DNA of 64,000 nucleotides, from NCBI GenBank assembly GCA_041694815.1, contig JBGFSC010000033.1:64001-128000 (forward strand), in the 5' to 3' direction. Below, in pieces: positions 44,087 through 53,789 of this stretch (positions are counted from its first letter, which is position 1; every line of letters begins with the position of its first letter). The notes below the pieces were generated by a model. It was not told the DNA's origin and made no database searches. It saw only the letters and a list, made by a program, of their open reading frames with translations. Origin of the DNA: Elusimicrobiota bacterium. Its GTDB lineage: Bacteria; Elusimicrobiota; Elusimicrobia; UBA1565; JACRDR01. Position numbers and translations under genes: made by a program.

Positions 44087-45250
44087 ATGAAACGCCGAGT
44101 CTACCTCGACCACAACGCGACCACGCCCATACGTCCCGAGGTGCTGGAGGCGATGTTGCCCTACCTGCGGGAGCGCTACGGCAATCCCAACAGCCCCTAT
44201 TGGCTGGGCCAGGAGAGCCGGGCGGCGGTGGAGAAGGCCCGGGCCCAGGTCGCGCGGCTCGTCAACGCCAAGCCCTCGGAGATCGTATTCACCTCCTGCG
44301 GCTCGGAATCGGACGTGCTGGCCATCGCCGGCGCGGCCCAAAGCGCCTTCGAGCGCAGCAGGGGCGCCAAGAGGCATATCATCGCCTCCAGTATCGAACA
44401 CGACGCCGTGCGCGGCATCCTCGAGACCCTCCGCCGCAGGGGCTTTTCGATCTCCATCTTGCCGGTAGACGAGCATGGGCGCGTGGACCCGCAGAGCCTC
44501 CGGAAAGCGATTCAAGACGACACCGCCCTGGTCTCGGTGATGCACGCCAACAACGAGGTCGGCACGGTGCAGCCGATCCGCGAGCTGGCCGCGGTCTGCC
44601 GTCAGGAAGGGGTGCCGTTCCACACCGACGCGGTGCAGTCCGCCGGCAAGATACCCATCGATTTTCGCGATATCGGGGCGGATTTCTTGGCGATCTCGGG
44701 CCATAAGATCAACGCCCCGAAGGGGGTCGGGGCCTTGGTCGTGCGGGAGGGCGCCGCACTTTCTCCGGTGATCACCGGCCATCAGGAAAAAAACCGGCGC
44801 GGCGGTACGGAGAACGTGGCCTCGATCGTCGCGCTGGGCAAGGCCTGCGAGCTCGCGCAGTCCGAGCTCGCCGCCCACGCGAAGCAGCTTTCCGTCCTGA
44901 GAAAGCGATTGGAGGAGGGCTGCCTCAAGATACCGCGCTCGAGGCTCAACGGGCATCCGACCGAGCGCCTGCCGGGCACCTGCCATGTCTCCTTCGAGGG
45001 CGTCGACGGATTCCAGCTCGTCGTGGCCTTGGATCTGGAGGGCGTTTGCGCCTCCAGCGGTCCGGCCTGCTCCAGCGGCGTGTCGGAGCCGTCCCATGTG
45101 CTCGAGGCGATGGGGGTGGAGCGCCGCTGGTCGACCGGAAGCCTGCGCCTGTCGCTGGGTTGGGGATCCACCGCGGAGGATGTCGAGTGCCTGCTCGAGG
45201 TTCTGCAAGGTGCGGTGGATCGACTGCGGAAAGTAGGAGTGTCCATATGA
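44087..45250 (+). CDS. iscS: Cysteine desulfurase (IscS/NifS class I)
   Basis: YLDHNATTP, NNEVG, HTDAVQ, SGHK (PLP Lys), GGTEN, SSGPACSS catalytic Cys. Confidence 0.93.
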   Translation: MKRRVYLDHNATTPIRPEVLEAMLPYLRERYGNPNSPYWLGQESRAAVEKARAQVARLVNAKPSEIVFTSCGSESDVLAIAGAAQSAFERSRGAKRHIIASSIEHDAVRGILETLRRRGFSISILPVDEHGRVDPQSLRKAIQDDTALVSVMHANNEVGTVQPIRELAAVCRQEGVPFHTDAVQSAGKIPIDFRDIGADFLAISGHKINAPKGVGALVVREGAALSPVITGHQEKNRRGGTENVASIVALGKACELAQSELAAHAKQLSVLRKRLEEGCLKIPRSRLNGHPTERLPGTCHVSFEGVDGFQLVVALDLEGVCASSGPACSSGVSEPSHVLEAMGVERRWSTGSLRLSLGWGSTAEDVECLLEVLQGAVDRLRKVGVSI

Positions 45251-46314
45251 TACGGATCGTGGTCGCCATGAGTGGAGGGGTCGATAGCTCGGTGGCGGCC
45301 GCTCTGGTGGCCCGCGCCGGTTACGAGACGATTGGCGTCACACTGCGCCTGATGCCGAAGCTTGAGACCGGGTTCGGCTGCTGCGGCTCCCCGAAGGACA
45401 TCGACGACGCCAAGCGGGTTTGCGAGACGCTCGGGGTCCCGCATTATACGCTCGATTTGGCCGAGCTGTTTGAATCCAAGGTGATACGCCCGTTCGTAGA
45501 CGAGTACCTGCGGCAAAGGACCCCGAATCCCTGCGTGGAGTGCAACCGGAGCGTCAAGTTCGGCTATCTGCTCGCTCTGGCGCGGGCGTGGGGGGCCGAC
45601 GCCGTCGCCACCGGGCATTACGCTCGGCTTAAGAAGGGCCGCCTATACCGCGCGGCGGACGAGGAAAAGGACCAGAGCTATTTCCTCTACAGCCTGACTC
45701 CCGCGGAATTGTCGAAGCTGCTGCTGCCGCTCGGGAAGCTTTCCAAGGCCGAGGTGCGGCGGATCGCCCATCGCCTGGGCCTGGCGACGGCCGACAAGGA
45801 GGAAAGTCAGGAGATCTGCTTCGTCCCGCGGCGCGACTACCGGGCCTTCCTGCGTTCGCGCGCCTCTAACGCCGCGGCTTACGAGCCCGGCGAGGTGCGC
45901 GACGGCTCCGGGGCTCCCTTGGGCCGGCACGAGGGTTTGGCCAATTACACCATCGGCCAGCGCCGCGGGTTGCGCCTGGGCTCCTTCCCCCAGCCGATGT
46001 ACGTGACGGGGATGGACTCGGGCTCGAACGTGTTGACCGTCGGCCCGAGGGAGCAGACCTTCCGAGGCGGGCTGGAGGCTTGCGGCGTGTCGTGGACGGT
46101 TTCCGATCCTCCGGTGGCCGCGTTCCGGGCGCGGGTGCGCATCCGCCACCGCCATGCCCCGGCCCAGGCCCGCATTACGCCGCTCGCCGACGCGCGGGCG
46201 CGCGTGGATTTCGACGAGCCCCAACGTTCGATCACCCCGGGGCAGGCCGCCGTGTTCTACGCCGACGATGGCGAGCTGCTAGGCGGAGGCACGATCGACA
46301 AGGTGATTGGGTGA
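45247..46314 (+). CDS. mnmA: tRNA-specific 2-thiouridylase
   Basis: Start ATG 45247; AMSGGVDSS, TPNPC.ECN..VKF, ATGHYA, KDQSYFL, ESQEICF, YTIGQRRGL, TPGQAAVFY. Confidence 0.95.
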   Translation: MIRIVVAMSGGVDSSVAAALVARAGYETIGVTLRLMPKLETGFGCCGSPKDIDDAKRVCETLGVPHYTLDLAELFESKVIRPFVDEYLRQRTPNPCVECNRSVKFGYLLALARAWGADAVATGHYARLKKGRLYRAADEEKDQSYFLYSLTPAELSKLLLPLGKLSKAEVRRIAHRLGLATADKEESQEICFVPRRDYRAFLRSRASNAAAYEPGEVRDGSGAPLGRHEGLANYTIGQRRGLRLGSFPQPMYVTGMDSGSNVLTVGPREQTFRGGLEACGVSWTVSDPPVAAFRARVRIRHRHAPAQARITPLADARARVDFDEPQRSITPGQAAVFYADDGELLGGGTIDKVIG

Positions 46315-47375
46315 AAAAAAAGCTCAGGGTGCTGGTGCTCTGCGGAGGCAAGTCCGCGGAGCGGCACGTTTCTTTATCATCGGCCAAAACCATCTTATCG
46401 CATCTCGACCGCCGCAAATTCGACCCTGAGTTGGTCTTCATCGACCCCGGCGGTCGCTGGCTCAAGGCCGACGCCAAGCGTTTAAGCTTCAAGGTCGAAG
46501 ACGGAAAGAAACAGATCACCTCGCGCGGGGCGCAGACGCCTGGGCGGCTCTGGGCCCAGGACCGCCTTCCCGATGTCGTGTTTCCGGCTCTTCATGGCCC
46601 CATGGGCGAGGACGGGACGGTGCAGGGGCTATTCGAGACCGCCGGCATCCCCTATGTCGGCTGCGGCGTGCTGGGATCGGCCGTCGGCATGGACAAGGAG
46701 ATCACCAAGCGCCTGGCCCTGGAGGCGGGCCTGCCCGTGCTGCCCTACGTGGCGGCGCGCCGCCTGCAAGAGGCCGAGAAAGCGCTCGCCTTCGGCTTTC
46801 CGCTCTTCGTCAAGCCGGCGCGGTTGGGGTCCTCCGTCGGGGTCTCCAAGGTGAAGAAGGCCGAGGAGCTTGAGGCGGCGCTTAAACGCGCCCTGGAGTT
46901 CGACGACAAGGCGATCATTGAGAAGGGAATCGAGGCCCGCGAGATCGAATGCGCCGTGCTGGGAGACCCCTGGGCCGAGCCCTCCGATCCCTTGAGCCTA
47001 AAGGCCTCGGTCTGCGGGGAGATCGTTCCCCACGCCGAGTTCTATACCTACGAGGCGAAGTACATTGACGAGAACGGCGCCGAGCTCCTGATCCCCGCGC
47101 CGATCGGCGCCGAGACCGCGGCCAAGATACAGGACCTTTCGATGCGCGCCTTCCGAGCCCTCGATGGCTATTCCATGGGTCGCGTGGATTTCCTGCTCGA
47201 CAAAGGGACGGGTGCCGTTTATTTCCTCGAGGTCAACACCATTCCCGGCTTCACCCCCGCCAGCATGTACCCCCTGCTGTGGAAAAAATCGGGTCTCGGC
47301 ACCCCCGAGCTGCTCACGCGCCTGGTGGAGCTCGCCCTGAGGCGCTCTAAGGCCAGAAGCCTGCTGAAAAATTAA
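46311..47375 (+). CDS. ddl: D-alanine--D-alanine ligase
   Basis: Start GTG 46311; GGKSAE..VS, LHGPMGEDG.VQG, GMDK, VKP...GSSVG, FYTYEAKY, EVNTIPGFT..SMYP. Confidence 0.95.
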   Translation: MKKKLRVLVLCGGKSAERHVSLSSAKTILSHLDRRKFDPELVFIDPGGRWLKADAKRLSFKVEDGKKQITSRGAQTPGRLWAQDRLPDVVFPALHGPMGEDGTVQGLFETAGIPYVGCGVLGSAVGMDKEITKRLALEAGLPVLPYVAARRLQEAEKALAFGFPLFVKPARLGSSVGVSKVKKAEELEAALKRALEFDDKAIIEKGIEAREIECAVLGDPWAEPSDPLSLKASVCGEIVPHAEFYTYEAKYIDENGAELLIPAPIGAETAAKIQDLSMRAFRALDGYSMGRVDFLLDKGTGAVYFLEVNTIPGFTPASMYPLLWKKSGLGTPELLTRLVELALRRSKARSLLKN

Positions 47376-47394
47376 TGGTGCTTGACTGGCTTCG

Positions 47395-49341
47395 GTGAAA
47401 TTTACGCGACACGCGGCGGCACTGGCCGGCTACGTGGCGTTGACCTTAGTATTCACGTTCCCGCTCGTCCTCCATTTCTCGGACCGGGTTATCTTCGGCC
47501 CGTCGGGCGACTACTCCTGGTGGATCTGGGATCTCTGGTATTTCCGCTACGCCGTCGACGTGGCCCGCGTCGATCCGTTATGGTGCGACCTGATTTATTG
47601 GCCCTACGGCGTGAACATGATCCTCCAGCACGGCTGGTTTTACAAACTGGCTGGCTACTTCCTGCAACGTTTCTTCGGCCTTATCGCCGTATACAACATG
47701 CTCCTGCTTACGCCCTACGTCCTATGCGGTTATGCGGTGTTCTTGGGAGCCTCGCTCTTGGGGGCAAGCTGGGCTTCGGCCTTCGTCGCGGGGACCATCT
47801 TCGCGTTCTCCCCGGGCGCGTATTCCCAGCTTTGGGACGGGGCCGGCTTTGATCTCTTAAGCCGGCATACGATCGCGTTCTTCGTGATCGCCCTGATGTT
47901 GGCCGTGCGCCAGAGGCAGCTGCGCTACTGCCTTTTGGCGGCGCTGATGCTAACGTGGGCATGGGGCGGGGATTATTATTACTTCCTCGTCAGCACGCTG
48001 TTTATCCCCGTATTCTTTCTGTTGGTCGAAAAGCCCATCGGCGTGCGGGTATCGAAGCGATTCGCGCCGCCTGGCATGGCGGCGAGGGTATTGGATGCGG
48101 CGCTCGCGGCGAATCTCTGTTGGATATTCTGGCGGCTCCGCCAAGGGCAGATTGAATTTCACGGCCGCGGCTCCGCCGCGACGCTCGTGGCCTACGTGTT
48201 CCCTTACATCCTTTTCTGGGGGCTCTTGGCGCTTCGGCTCTTCTTATCCTATTCGCTGTCGACGACCCTCGATCGGAAAGCCTTCAGCTGGGAGCGCGTC
48301 GCCCCCTACGTGGGCACGATCGCCTGCTACGCCGTACTCAACCTGCCGCTCATCCTCGCGGTTCTGGAGCTGATGAAGGACGGCAATACCCCTTCTCCCC
48401 CCAGGGCTTGGCGCGGGGGCGGCAACCCCACCGAATTGCTATGGTTGCTCCATCCCGGCATCCACCATCCCTTATGGGGTCACTGGAGCGACGTGATGGG
48501 TGGGGAATCCCGCCACGTTCCCTCTGGTTACCTTCCCATGATCGCCGCGATCTGGCTCTGGATCCGCCGTCCCACCGACCGATGGGTGAAACTATGGTTC
48601 GGTTGCCTCGCCTTCGCCCTTCTTCTCACGATGGGGCCGTGGCTTAAGATCGGCGGCATCCATACCTACCTCCCGATGCCGTTCTATTTCGTCCACCTGC
48701 TGCCGATCTACAACAACATGCAAAACGGCCATCGCTTTGCTTCCGCACTCGTTACCCTATTCTTGGCGCTGCTCTTCGCCCCTGTCCTAGAGCAATTTAA
48801 GTCCGGCGCGCCTCGCCGTTGGGCGGCCTGGATCCCATGGCTCGCGTTCCTCTGGCTTGCCGTGGAGTTCGCGCACGACCGCCTTCGCCTGATCGCCGTT
48901 GAAACCCCCGCGATTTTCGAGCGGCTAGGACAAAGGCCGACAGCCGCGATGCTCACGGTGCCGACGGGAGCCCTCTTCGACGGCATCACCAGCTCGAGCT
49001 TCGGTCACGTCCCCATCAAACCGCATTACCAGATCGCCCACCGTAAGCCTATCGTAGGCGGCCTCATGGGTCGTGTGCCAGGCTACGTTCATCGGGCGAT
49101 GGTCTCCGATCCGCTCCTCTCCGCCATGGTATCGGCACAATCCGGGGCTCCGGTCCCCGACCGCCTTCGGGACCGGAGCTTCCTCCGCCGCCACCTGGCC
49201 GCGATGAAGATCGGCTACGTGATGGTCTTCGAGGACAAGATCCCAGAGGGATTCCGACGGGTTTTAAAGGACTGGCCCCTGCGCAAGATAGACGAGGACA
49301 AGCAACGGCGCATCGTCTTATTCCAGGTCGAGCGTCGATAG
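47395..49341 (+). CDS. Multi-pass membrane protein, GT-C/YfhO-like putative glycosyltransferase
   Basis: Many TM segments; 'GD....W..W', 'IYWP.G', 'VYN', 'A.VAG.IFAFSP', C-terminal soluble domain 'YQIAHRKPIVGG'. Confidence 0.6.
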   Translation: MKFTRHAAALAGYVALTLVFTFPLVLHFSDRVIFGPSGDYSWWIWDLWYFRYAVDVARVDPLWCDLIYWPYGVNMILQHGWFYKLAGYFLQRFFGLIAVYNMLLLTPYVLCGYAVFLGASLLGASWASAFVAGTIFAFSPGAYSQLWDGAGFDLLSRHTIAFFVIALMLAVRQRQLRYCLLAALMLTWAWGGDYYYFLVSTLFIPVFFLLVEKPIGVRVSKRFAPPGMAARVLDAALAANLCWIFWRLRQGQIEFHGRGSAATLVAYVFPYILFWGLLALRLFLSYSLSTTLDRKAFSWERVAPYVGTIACYAVLNLPLILAVLELMKDGNTPSPPRAWRGGGNPTELLWLLHPGIHHPLWGHWSDVMGGESRHVPSGYLPMIAAIWLWIRRPTDRWVKLWFGCLAFALLLTMGPWLKIGGIHTYLPMPFYFVHLLPIYNNMQNGHRFASALVTLFLALLFAPVLEQFKSGAPRRWAAWIPWLAFLWLAVEFAHDRLRLIAVETPAIFERLGQRPTAAMLTVPTGALFDGITSSSFGHVPIKPHYQIAHRKPIVGGLMGRVPGYVHRAMVSDPLLSAMVSAQSGAPVPDRLRDRSFLRRHLAAMKIGYVMVFEDKIPEGFRRVLKDWPLRKIDEDKQRRIVLFQVERR

Positions 49342-49357
49342 TCTCCCAGGCTGAGCC

Positions 49358-51163
49358 TTACTTGCGGAGCTCGTAGAGCGTTACGGCTTCGTTGCGGTAG
49401 ACCGGCTTAAGGCGACCGCGGTTGCGCCGTTCGAAGTCCGTGGAGGCGTAGGTTCTTTCGAAATCGCCGAACCACACGTAGTCGACGGAGGGCGGCGGCG
49501 GCCTGTTTCGCATCGCTTTCTCGATGAAGGAGCGCACGCTCCGGAGCGGCAGGAAATAGTAAAAATAGATCATCCGCACGTACTCGCGTTCGGCTTCTCC
49601 CCGACGGTAGTCGTTGCGGCCGATGGAAAAGTATTCCTTGCTAAAGCAATCCTTAAGAAATCGGGCCTTGTCCGTTCGGAAGAAGTCCAGTGCGTAGACC
49701 AACCGCTCGGCGATGCGGGGCGTGGGTAGATCCGAAGTCGTGGGCAAGGCGGCGGGAAGCACCACCCTCTGCCCCGTAAACACCGGGATCAATAGATTGA
49801 CCTCTGGATTGAGCGAGAGCACGACGCTGTCAACGGGAGCATGCCGATCCAGGAAACGGAGCGCTTCGTCGTAGTGCCGGGGAAGCCCCTGCATGGGGTA
49901 ATGGATCGCCGCGTACGAAAGGGTCTGACCGAAGGCGATAAGCAAGACGGCGCAGGAGGCCGCCAGCCAGGCGCCGGCGCGGCGTTTCCAAGATTCCGGC
50001 ACGAAGGATGCCAAGAGGAAAAACGCGAAGAGATTCGCTTGATACGACCAGCAATAGTCACCGAGGTATATGCCGGTGAGCAGCTGGAGGTTGAGCAAGA
50101 GGAAGGTGCCTCCCAGCAGCGAGGCCACGTAGAGGCCGGCAGGCTCCCGAAGGCGCCAGACGCCGACCGCAAAAAGCAGCAAATAGGGCAGCGAGCGTGG
50201 GTTGAAAAATCGATCGAAGACCAAGCCCATGCGCAGCGCCAGTTCCGGGTCGAGCGAGCGGTTGACCCACAAGAATGGAATGCTTAAGAACGCCGAGAGC
50301 GCAAGCGCCGCGGCGACCGGCCTCCAGGGGCGCCCTCGGGCAGCCAAGACGGCGGCAAAAACCCCTCCGGCCGCCATGGCCGTTCCCCACGAATCGAGCC
50401 GGCAATAGGCCGAGATTCCTCCGGCAAGCCCGGCGAGGAGGGGCCAACGCCAGCCGGGGCGTTCCGAGCTTCGGATCGTCAAGAGGCTTACGAGAAACAG
50501 TATCGCATAGTTGATTCCGGGCCTCGGGAGGCGCGCGACGCTTTCGGTACGCCCATAGGATAACAGCGTCCAGAGATTGTGCCCGATCAGTCGCCAGGGG
50601 TTCGGGTCGAATTTTAGATTGGATAGAAACAACAACGTCGTCAGGTAGCTCATGCAAACGGCGAAGACGGCGCAAAAAAAGGCGATCGGCGCCGAACGAG
50701 TGGTCGATTCCACGATAGCAAAGACAAGGTAAAACCAGGCCGCGCAGCAGGCTAGGCGCAGGAGCACCCAGGCCCAAGAGGCGTCGCGGGTCAGGTGAAA
50801 GAATAGCGCCATGCCTTTGTACATCACCAGTTGCGAGACGGCCGGGCGCAGGCTGCGGTTCTCCAAGATATAAGGATCGTATTGGACTCCGGGCTTGGCC
50901 GCTCCCCTGAGAAGCGCCGCGTAGGTCAACTCATCGTGTTGCAGTTCCGTTCCGAATAGGCCTAATACCGTAAAGCGCCCGTCATTCGGCCATCGGGCGA
51001 CCAGTTCCGGGAAATGCCTTTGCCAGGCGGCGCGGCAGGCCGCCGAGAGGAAATAACCGGAGCACATGGCCATGGAGACGGCCAGCGCCCCGAAGGCCAG
51101 CGCGAAGCGGCGCCGCGGTCCGGTGAAAAGGAATCCGCCCGACGGGTCCTCGCGCTGGGCCAC
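49358..51163 (-). CDS. Multi-pass membrane protein, putative GT-C-fold glycosyltransferase
   Basis: First-loop 'HDE..Y' acidic motif, multiple TM helices, C-terminal soluble domain ending 'VYRN..V.LY'. Confidence 0.55.
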   Translation of the reverse strand: MAQREDPSGGFLFTGPRRRFALAFGALAVSMAMCSGYFLSAACRAAWQRHFPELVARWPNDGRFTVLGLFGTELQHDELTYAALLRGAAKPGVQYDPYILENRSLRPAVSQLVMYKGMALFFHLTRDASWAWVLLRLACCAAWFYLVFAIVESTTRSAPIAFFCAVFAVCMSYLTTLLFLSNLKFDPNPWRLIGHNLWTLLSYGRTESVARLPRPGINYAILFLVSLLTIRSSERPGWRWPLLAGLAGGISAYCRLDSWGTAMAAGGVFAAVLAARGRPWRPVAAALALSAFLSIPFLWVNRSLDPELALRMGLVFDRFFNPRSLPYLLLFAVGVWRLREPAGLYVASLLGGTFLLLNLQLLTGIYLGDYCWSYQANLFAFFLLASFVPESWKRRAGAWLAASCAVLLIAFGQTLSYAAIHYPMQGLPRHYDEALRFLDRHAPVDSVVLSLNPEVNLLIPVFTGQRVVLPAALPTTSDLPTPRIAERLVYALDFFRTDKARFLKDCFSKEYFSIGRNDYRRGEAEREYVRMIYFYYFLPLRSVRSFIEKAMRNRPPPPSVDYVWFGDFERTYASTDFERRNRGRLKPVYRNEAVTLYELRK

Positions 51164-51262
51164 GCCCTATACTGAATCATTTTGAGTTGGGTCGCGACAA
51201 GACGGCCCGCGCGGCGGCCTCGGGACGTAGCTGATGGGGCTGATATTTAATAAGATTTTCAT

Positions 51263-52267
51263 ATGGCCGACGCGGTTGTCACCGGGGGTGCCGGCTTCAT
51301 CGGCAGCCACCTGGTTGAACGCCTGCTTGTAGACGGGCACCGGGTGCGTGTCATTGACGACCTTTCGACCGGCCGCATCGAGAACCTTTCCTCCTGCCAA
51401 GGCCATCCCGCTTTTTCTCTGCATCGCGCCGACATTTCCCAGGGCAAGGGGCTCGCGGGGCTTTTTGCGGAGGCCGACTGGGTGTTCCATCTGGCCGGGC
51501 TAGCCGACATCGTCCCTTCGATCGCGCGCCCTCTCGACTACCATCGGGTCAACGTCGACGGCACCGTGGAGGTGCTCGAGGCCGCGCGCGCCGCGGGCGC
51601 CAAACGCTTCCTATACGCCGCGTCTTCGTCCTGCTACGGCATCCCCGACTCCTACCCGACGCCGGAGACGGCTCCGGCCAGGCCCATGTACCCATACGCG
51701 CTGACGAAGTATATCGCGGAGCAGTACGTGCTGCATTGGGGAAAAGTCTACGGGCTTTCCTGCGTCTCCTTGCGCCTGTTTAACGTATACGGTCCTCGCG
51801 TTCGGACTCGCGGGACCTATGGCGCGGTCTTCGGCGTTTTCCTTGCCCAAAAATTAAACCGGAGGCCTTTGACCGTCGTTGGCGACGGTCAACAGACCCG
51901 GGACTTCACCTATGTCACGGACGTGGCCGAGGCGTTCCTCCGGGCGGCCCGCTCGGATATCTCCGGCGAGGCGCTCAACGTCGGCTCGGGCGCAAGCCAT
52001 AGCATCCTGGAGCTCGCGGGGCTCTTGGGAGGCGAAATCCGCCATTTGCCGCGACGTCCCGGGGAACCGGAGCGCACCTTCGCCGACACTTCGAAGATCC
52101 GGCGCCTGCTCGACTGGCGGCCTCTGGTGAGCTTCCAAGAGGGCGTCGGGCGGATGCTCGAGCGCATCGAGGAATGGCGCGACGCCCCCGTTTGGGACGA
52201 GGCGTCGATTGAGAAAGCAACCCAGGAGTGGTTCGCCTGCCTCGGGGGGGACGATGGGCAGCGCTAA
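51263..52267 (+). CDS. NAD-dependent epimerase/dehydratase (extended SDR)
   Basis: TGGAGFIGSH, HLAG, ASSSCYG, YALTK, RLFNVYGP, GDG.QTRDF. Confidence 0.9.
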   Translation: MADAVVTGGAGFIGSHLVERLLVDGHRVRVIDDLSTGRIENLSSCQGHPAFSLHRADISQGKGLAGLFAEADWVFHLAGLADIVPSIARPLDYHRVNVDGTVEVLEAARAAGAKRFLYAASSSCYGIPDSYPTPETAPARPMYPYALTKYIAEQYVLHWGKVYGLSCVSLRLFNVYGPRVRTRGTYGAVFGVFLAQKLNRRPLTVVGDGQQTRDFTYVTDVAEAFLRAARSDISGEALNVGSGASHSILELAGLLGGEIRHLPRRPGEPERTFADTSKIRRLLDWRPLVSFQEGVGRMLERIEEWRDAPVWDEASIEKATQEWFACLGGDDGQR

Positions 52268-53786
52268 TCTCAACGGCAAAATCAAGGATTTGCGCGAACT
52301 CGCGGGTCTGCTGCGCCGGGACCGTTCGCGCAGGCGCATCGTCCATTGCCACGGAGTTTTCGACTTGCTACACATCGGGCATATCCGCCATTTCGAGGAG
52401 GCCAGGCGCCTGGGGGACCTGCTGGTCGTGACGCTGACGCGGGACGCGCATGTCAACAAGGGGCCGGGCCGGCCCGTATTCCCTCAAGAGCTGCGCGCGG
52501 AGGCGGTCGCGGCCCTTCGCTGCGTCGACTATGTCGCGCTCAACGAGTGGCCGAACGCGGTCCCGACGATCCGCCTCCTGCGCCCGCATTTTTACGTGAA
52601 GGGCCCCGACTATGCCGAGGCGCGGCGCGACGTGACGGGTGGTATCGACCTCGAGCGCCGGGCTGTCGAGGCGCTCGGCGGCCGCTTCGTCGTGACCGAC
52701 GGCATTACCTACAGCTCCTCCCACCTCCTCAATCAATATTTCCCGTCCCTGCCCAAGGAGACCATCGAATACCTCCGCGATTTCTCCCGGAGGCATCCCG
52801 CCGAGCGCGTGCTCGGCGTCCTTAAGGGGGCGGCCTCCCTTAAGGTGCTGCTGGTGGGCGAGTCGATCGTCGACGAGTATCGGTATTGCCAGGCGATCGG
52901 GAAATCGTCGAAGGAGCCAATGCTCGCCACCTTGCACGTCTCGACCGAGCGTTTCGCCGGGGGCATCCTCGCGGTGGCCAACCACGTCGCCGATTTCTGC
53001 GGGAAAACATCCGTGGTGTCGTATCTCGGGGATATCGACTCGCAGGAGCGCTTCCTACGCTCCAGGCTCAAGCCGAACGTGAGGCCCCAATTCTTCTACA
53101 AGTCGGGCTCGCCCACCATCGTCAAGCGGCGCTTCATCGACGAATATTTCTTCACGAAGTTGCTCGCCGTCTATGAGATGAACGACGCGCCCCTCGTGCC
53201 CTCGGACAACCGACGCTTCTGCGATCTTTTGCGCCGCGGCCTCAAGGAATGCGACTTGGCCGTGGTCGTTGATTTCGGGCACGGGCTCCTTGGTCCCGAG
53301 GCCGTCGAACTGCTCTGCCGCAAGGCTCCCTTCCTGGCGGTAAATACCCAGTCCAACGCCGGCAACCAGGGCTACCATACGATCTCGCGCTACCCGCGGG
53401 CGGACTACGTCTGCATGGCGGACAACGAATTCCGCCTGGAGGCCCGCAGCCGGCACGGGGACATGCGCGAGATCGTCCGGGAGGTCTCGCGCAAGCTCCA
53501 TTGCCCCAGCGTGGTGGTGACGGGCGGCAAGAATGGCTGCCTTGCCTTCAACCGCCGGGAAGGGTTCTTCCGCGTCCCCGCCGTGGCCGGGAAGGTTGTC
53601 GACCGGATGGGGGCCGGCGACGCCTTCTTCGCGGTGACGGCGCCCTGCGTCTTCCAGGGTGCGCCCATGGAGGTGACGGGATTTATCGGCAACGTGGTCG
53701 GAGCGGAGGCGGTCGCCACGGTGGGGCACCGCGCCTCGATCGACCGGGTGGCGCTGCTCAAGCATATCGAGACCTTGCTCAAATAA
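52254..53786 (+). CDS. Nucleotidyltransferase + PfkB-family kinase fusion (HldE/RfaE-like, reversed domain order)
   Basis: Start ATG 52254; HGVFDLLHIGH and NKGPGRP at the N-terminus; GE.IVDEY, DFGHG, VDRMGAGDAF at the C-terminus. Confidence 0.85.
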   Translation: MGSANLNGKIKDLRELAGLLRRDRSRRRIVHCHGVFDLLHIGHIRHFEEARRLGDLLVVTLTRDAHVNKGPGRPVFPQELRAEAVAALRCVDYVALNEWPNAVPTIRLLRPHFYVKGPDYAEARRDVTGGIDLERRAVEALGGRFVVTDGITYSSSHLLNQYFPSLPKETIEYLRDFSRRHPAERVLGVLKGAASLKVLLVGESIVDEYRYCQAIGKSSKEPMLATLHVSTERFAGGILAVANHVADFCGKTSVVSYLGDIDSQERFLRSRLKPNVRPQFFYKSGSPTIVKRRFIDEYFFTKLLAVYEMNDAPLVPSDNRRFCDLLRRGLKECDLAVVVDFGHGLLGPEAVELLCRKAPFLAVNTQSNAGNQGYHTISRYPRADYVCMADNEFRLEARSRHGDMREIVREVSRKLHCPSVVVTGGKNGCLAFNRREGFFRVPAVAGKVVDRMGAGDAFFAVTAPCVFQGAPMEVTGFIGNVVGAEAVATVGHRASIDRVALLKHIETLLK

Positions 53787-53789
53787 CGG

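Noticed and set aside
46311..47375. VanA-like D-Ala-D-Lac ligase
   Set aside because: The omega loop FYTYEAKY is the D-Ala-D-Ala type and no van genes are adjacent.
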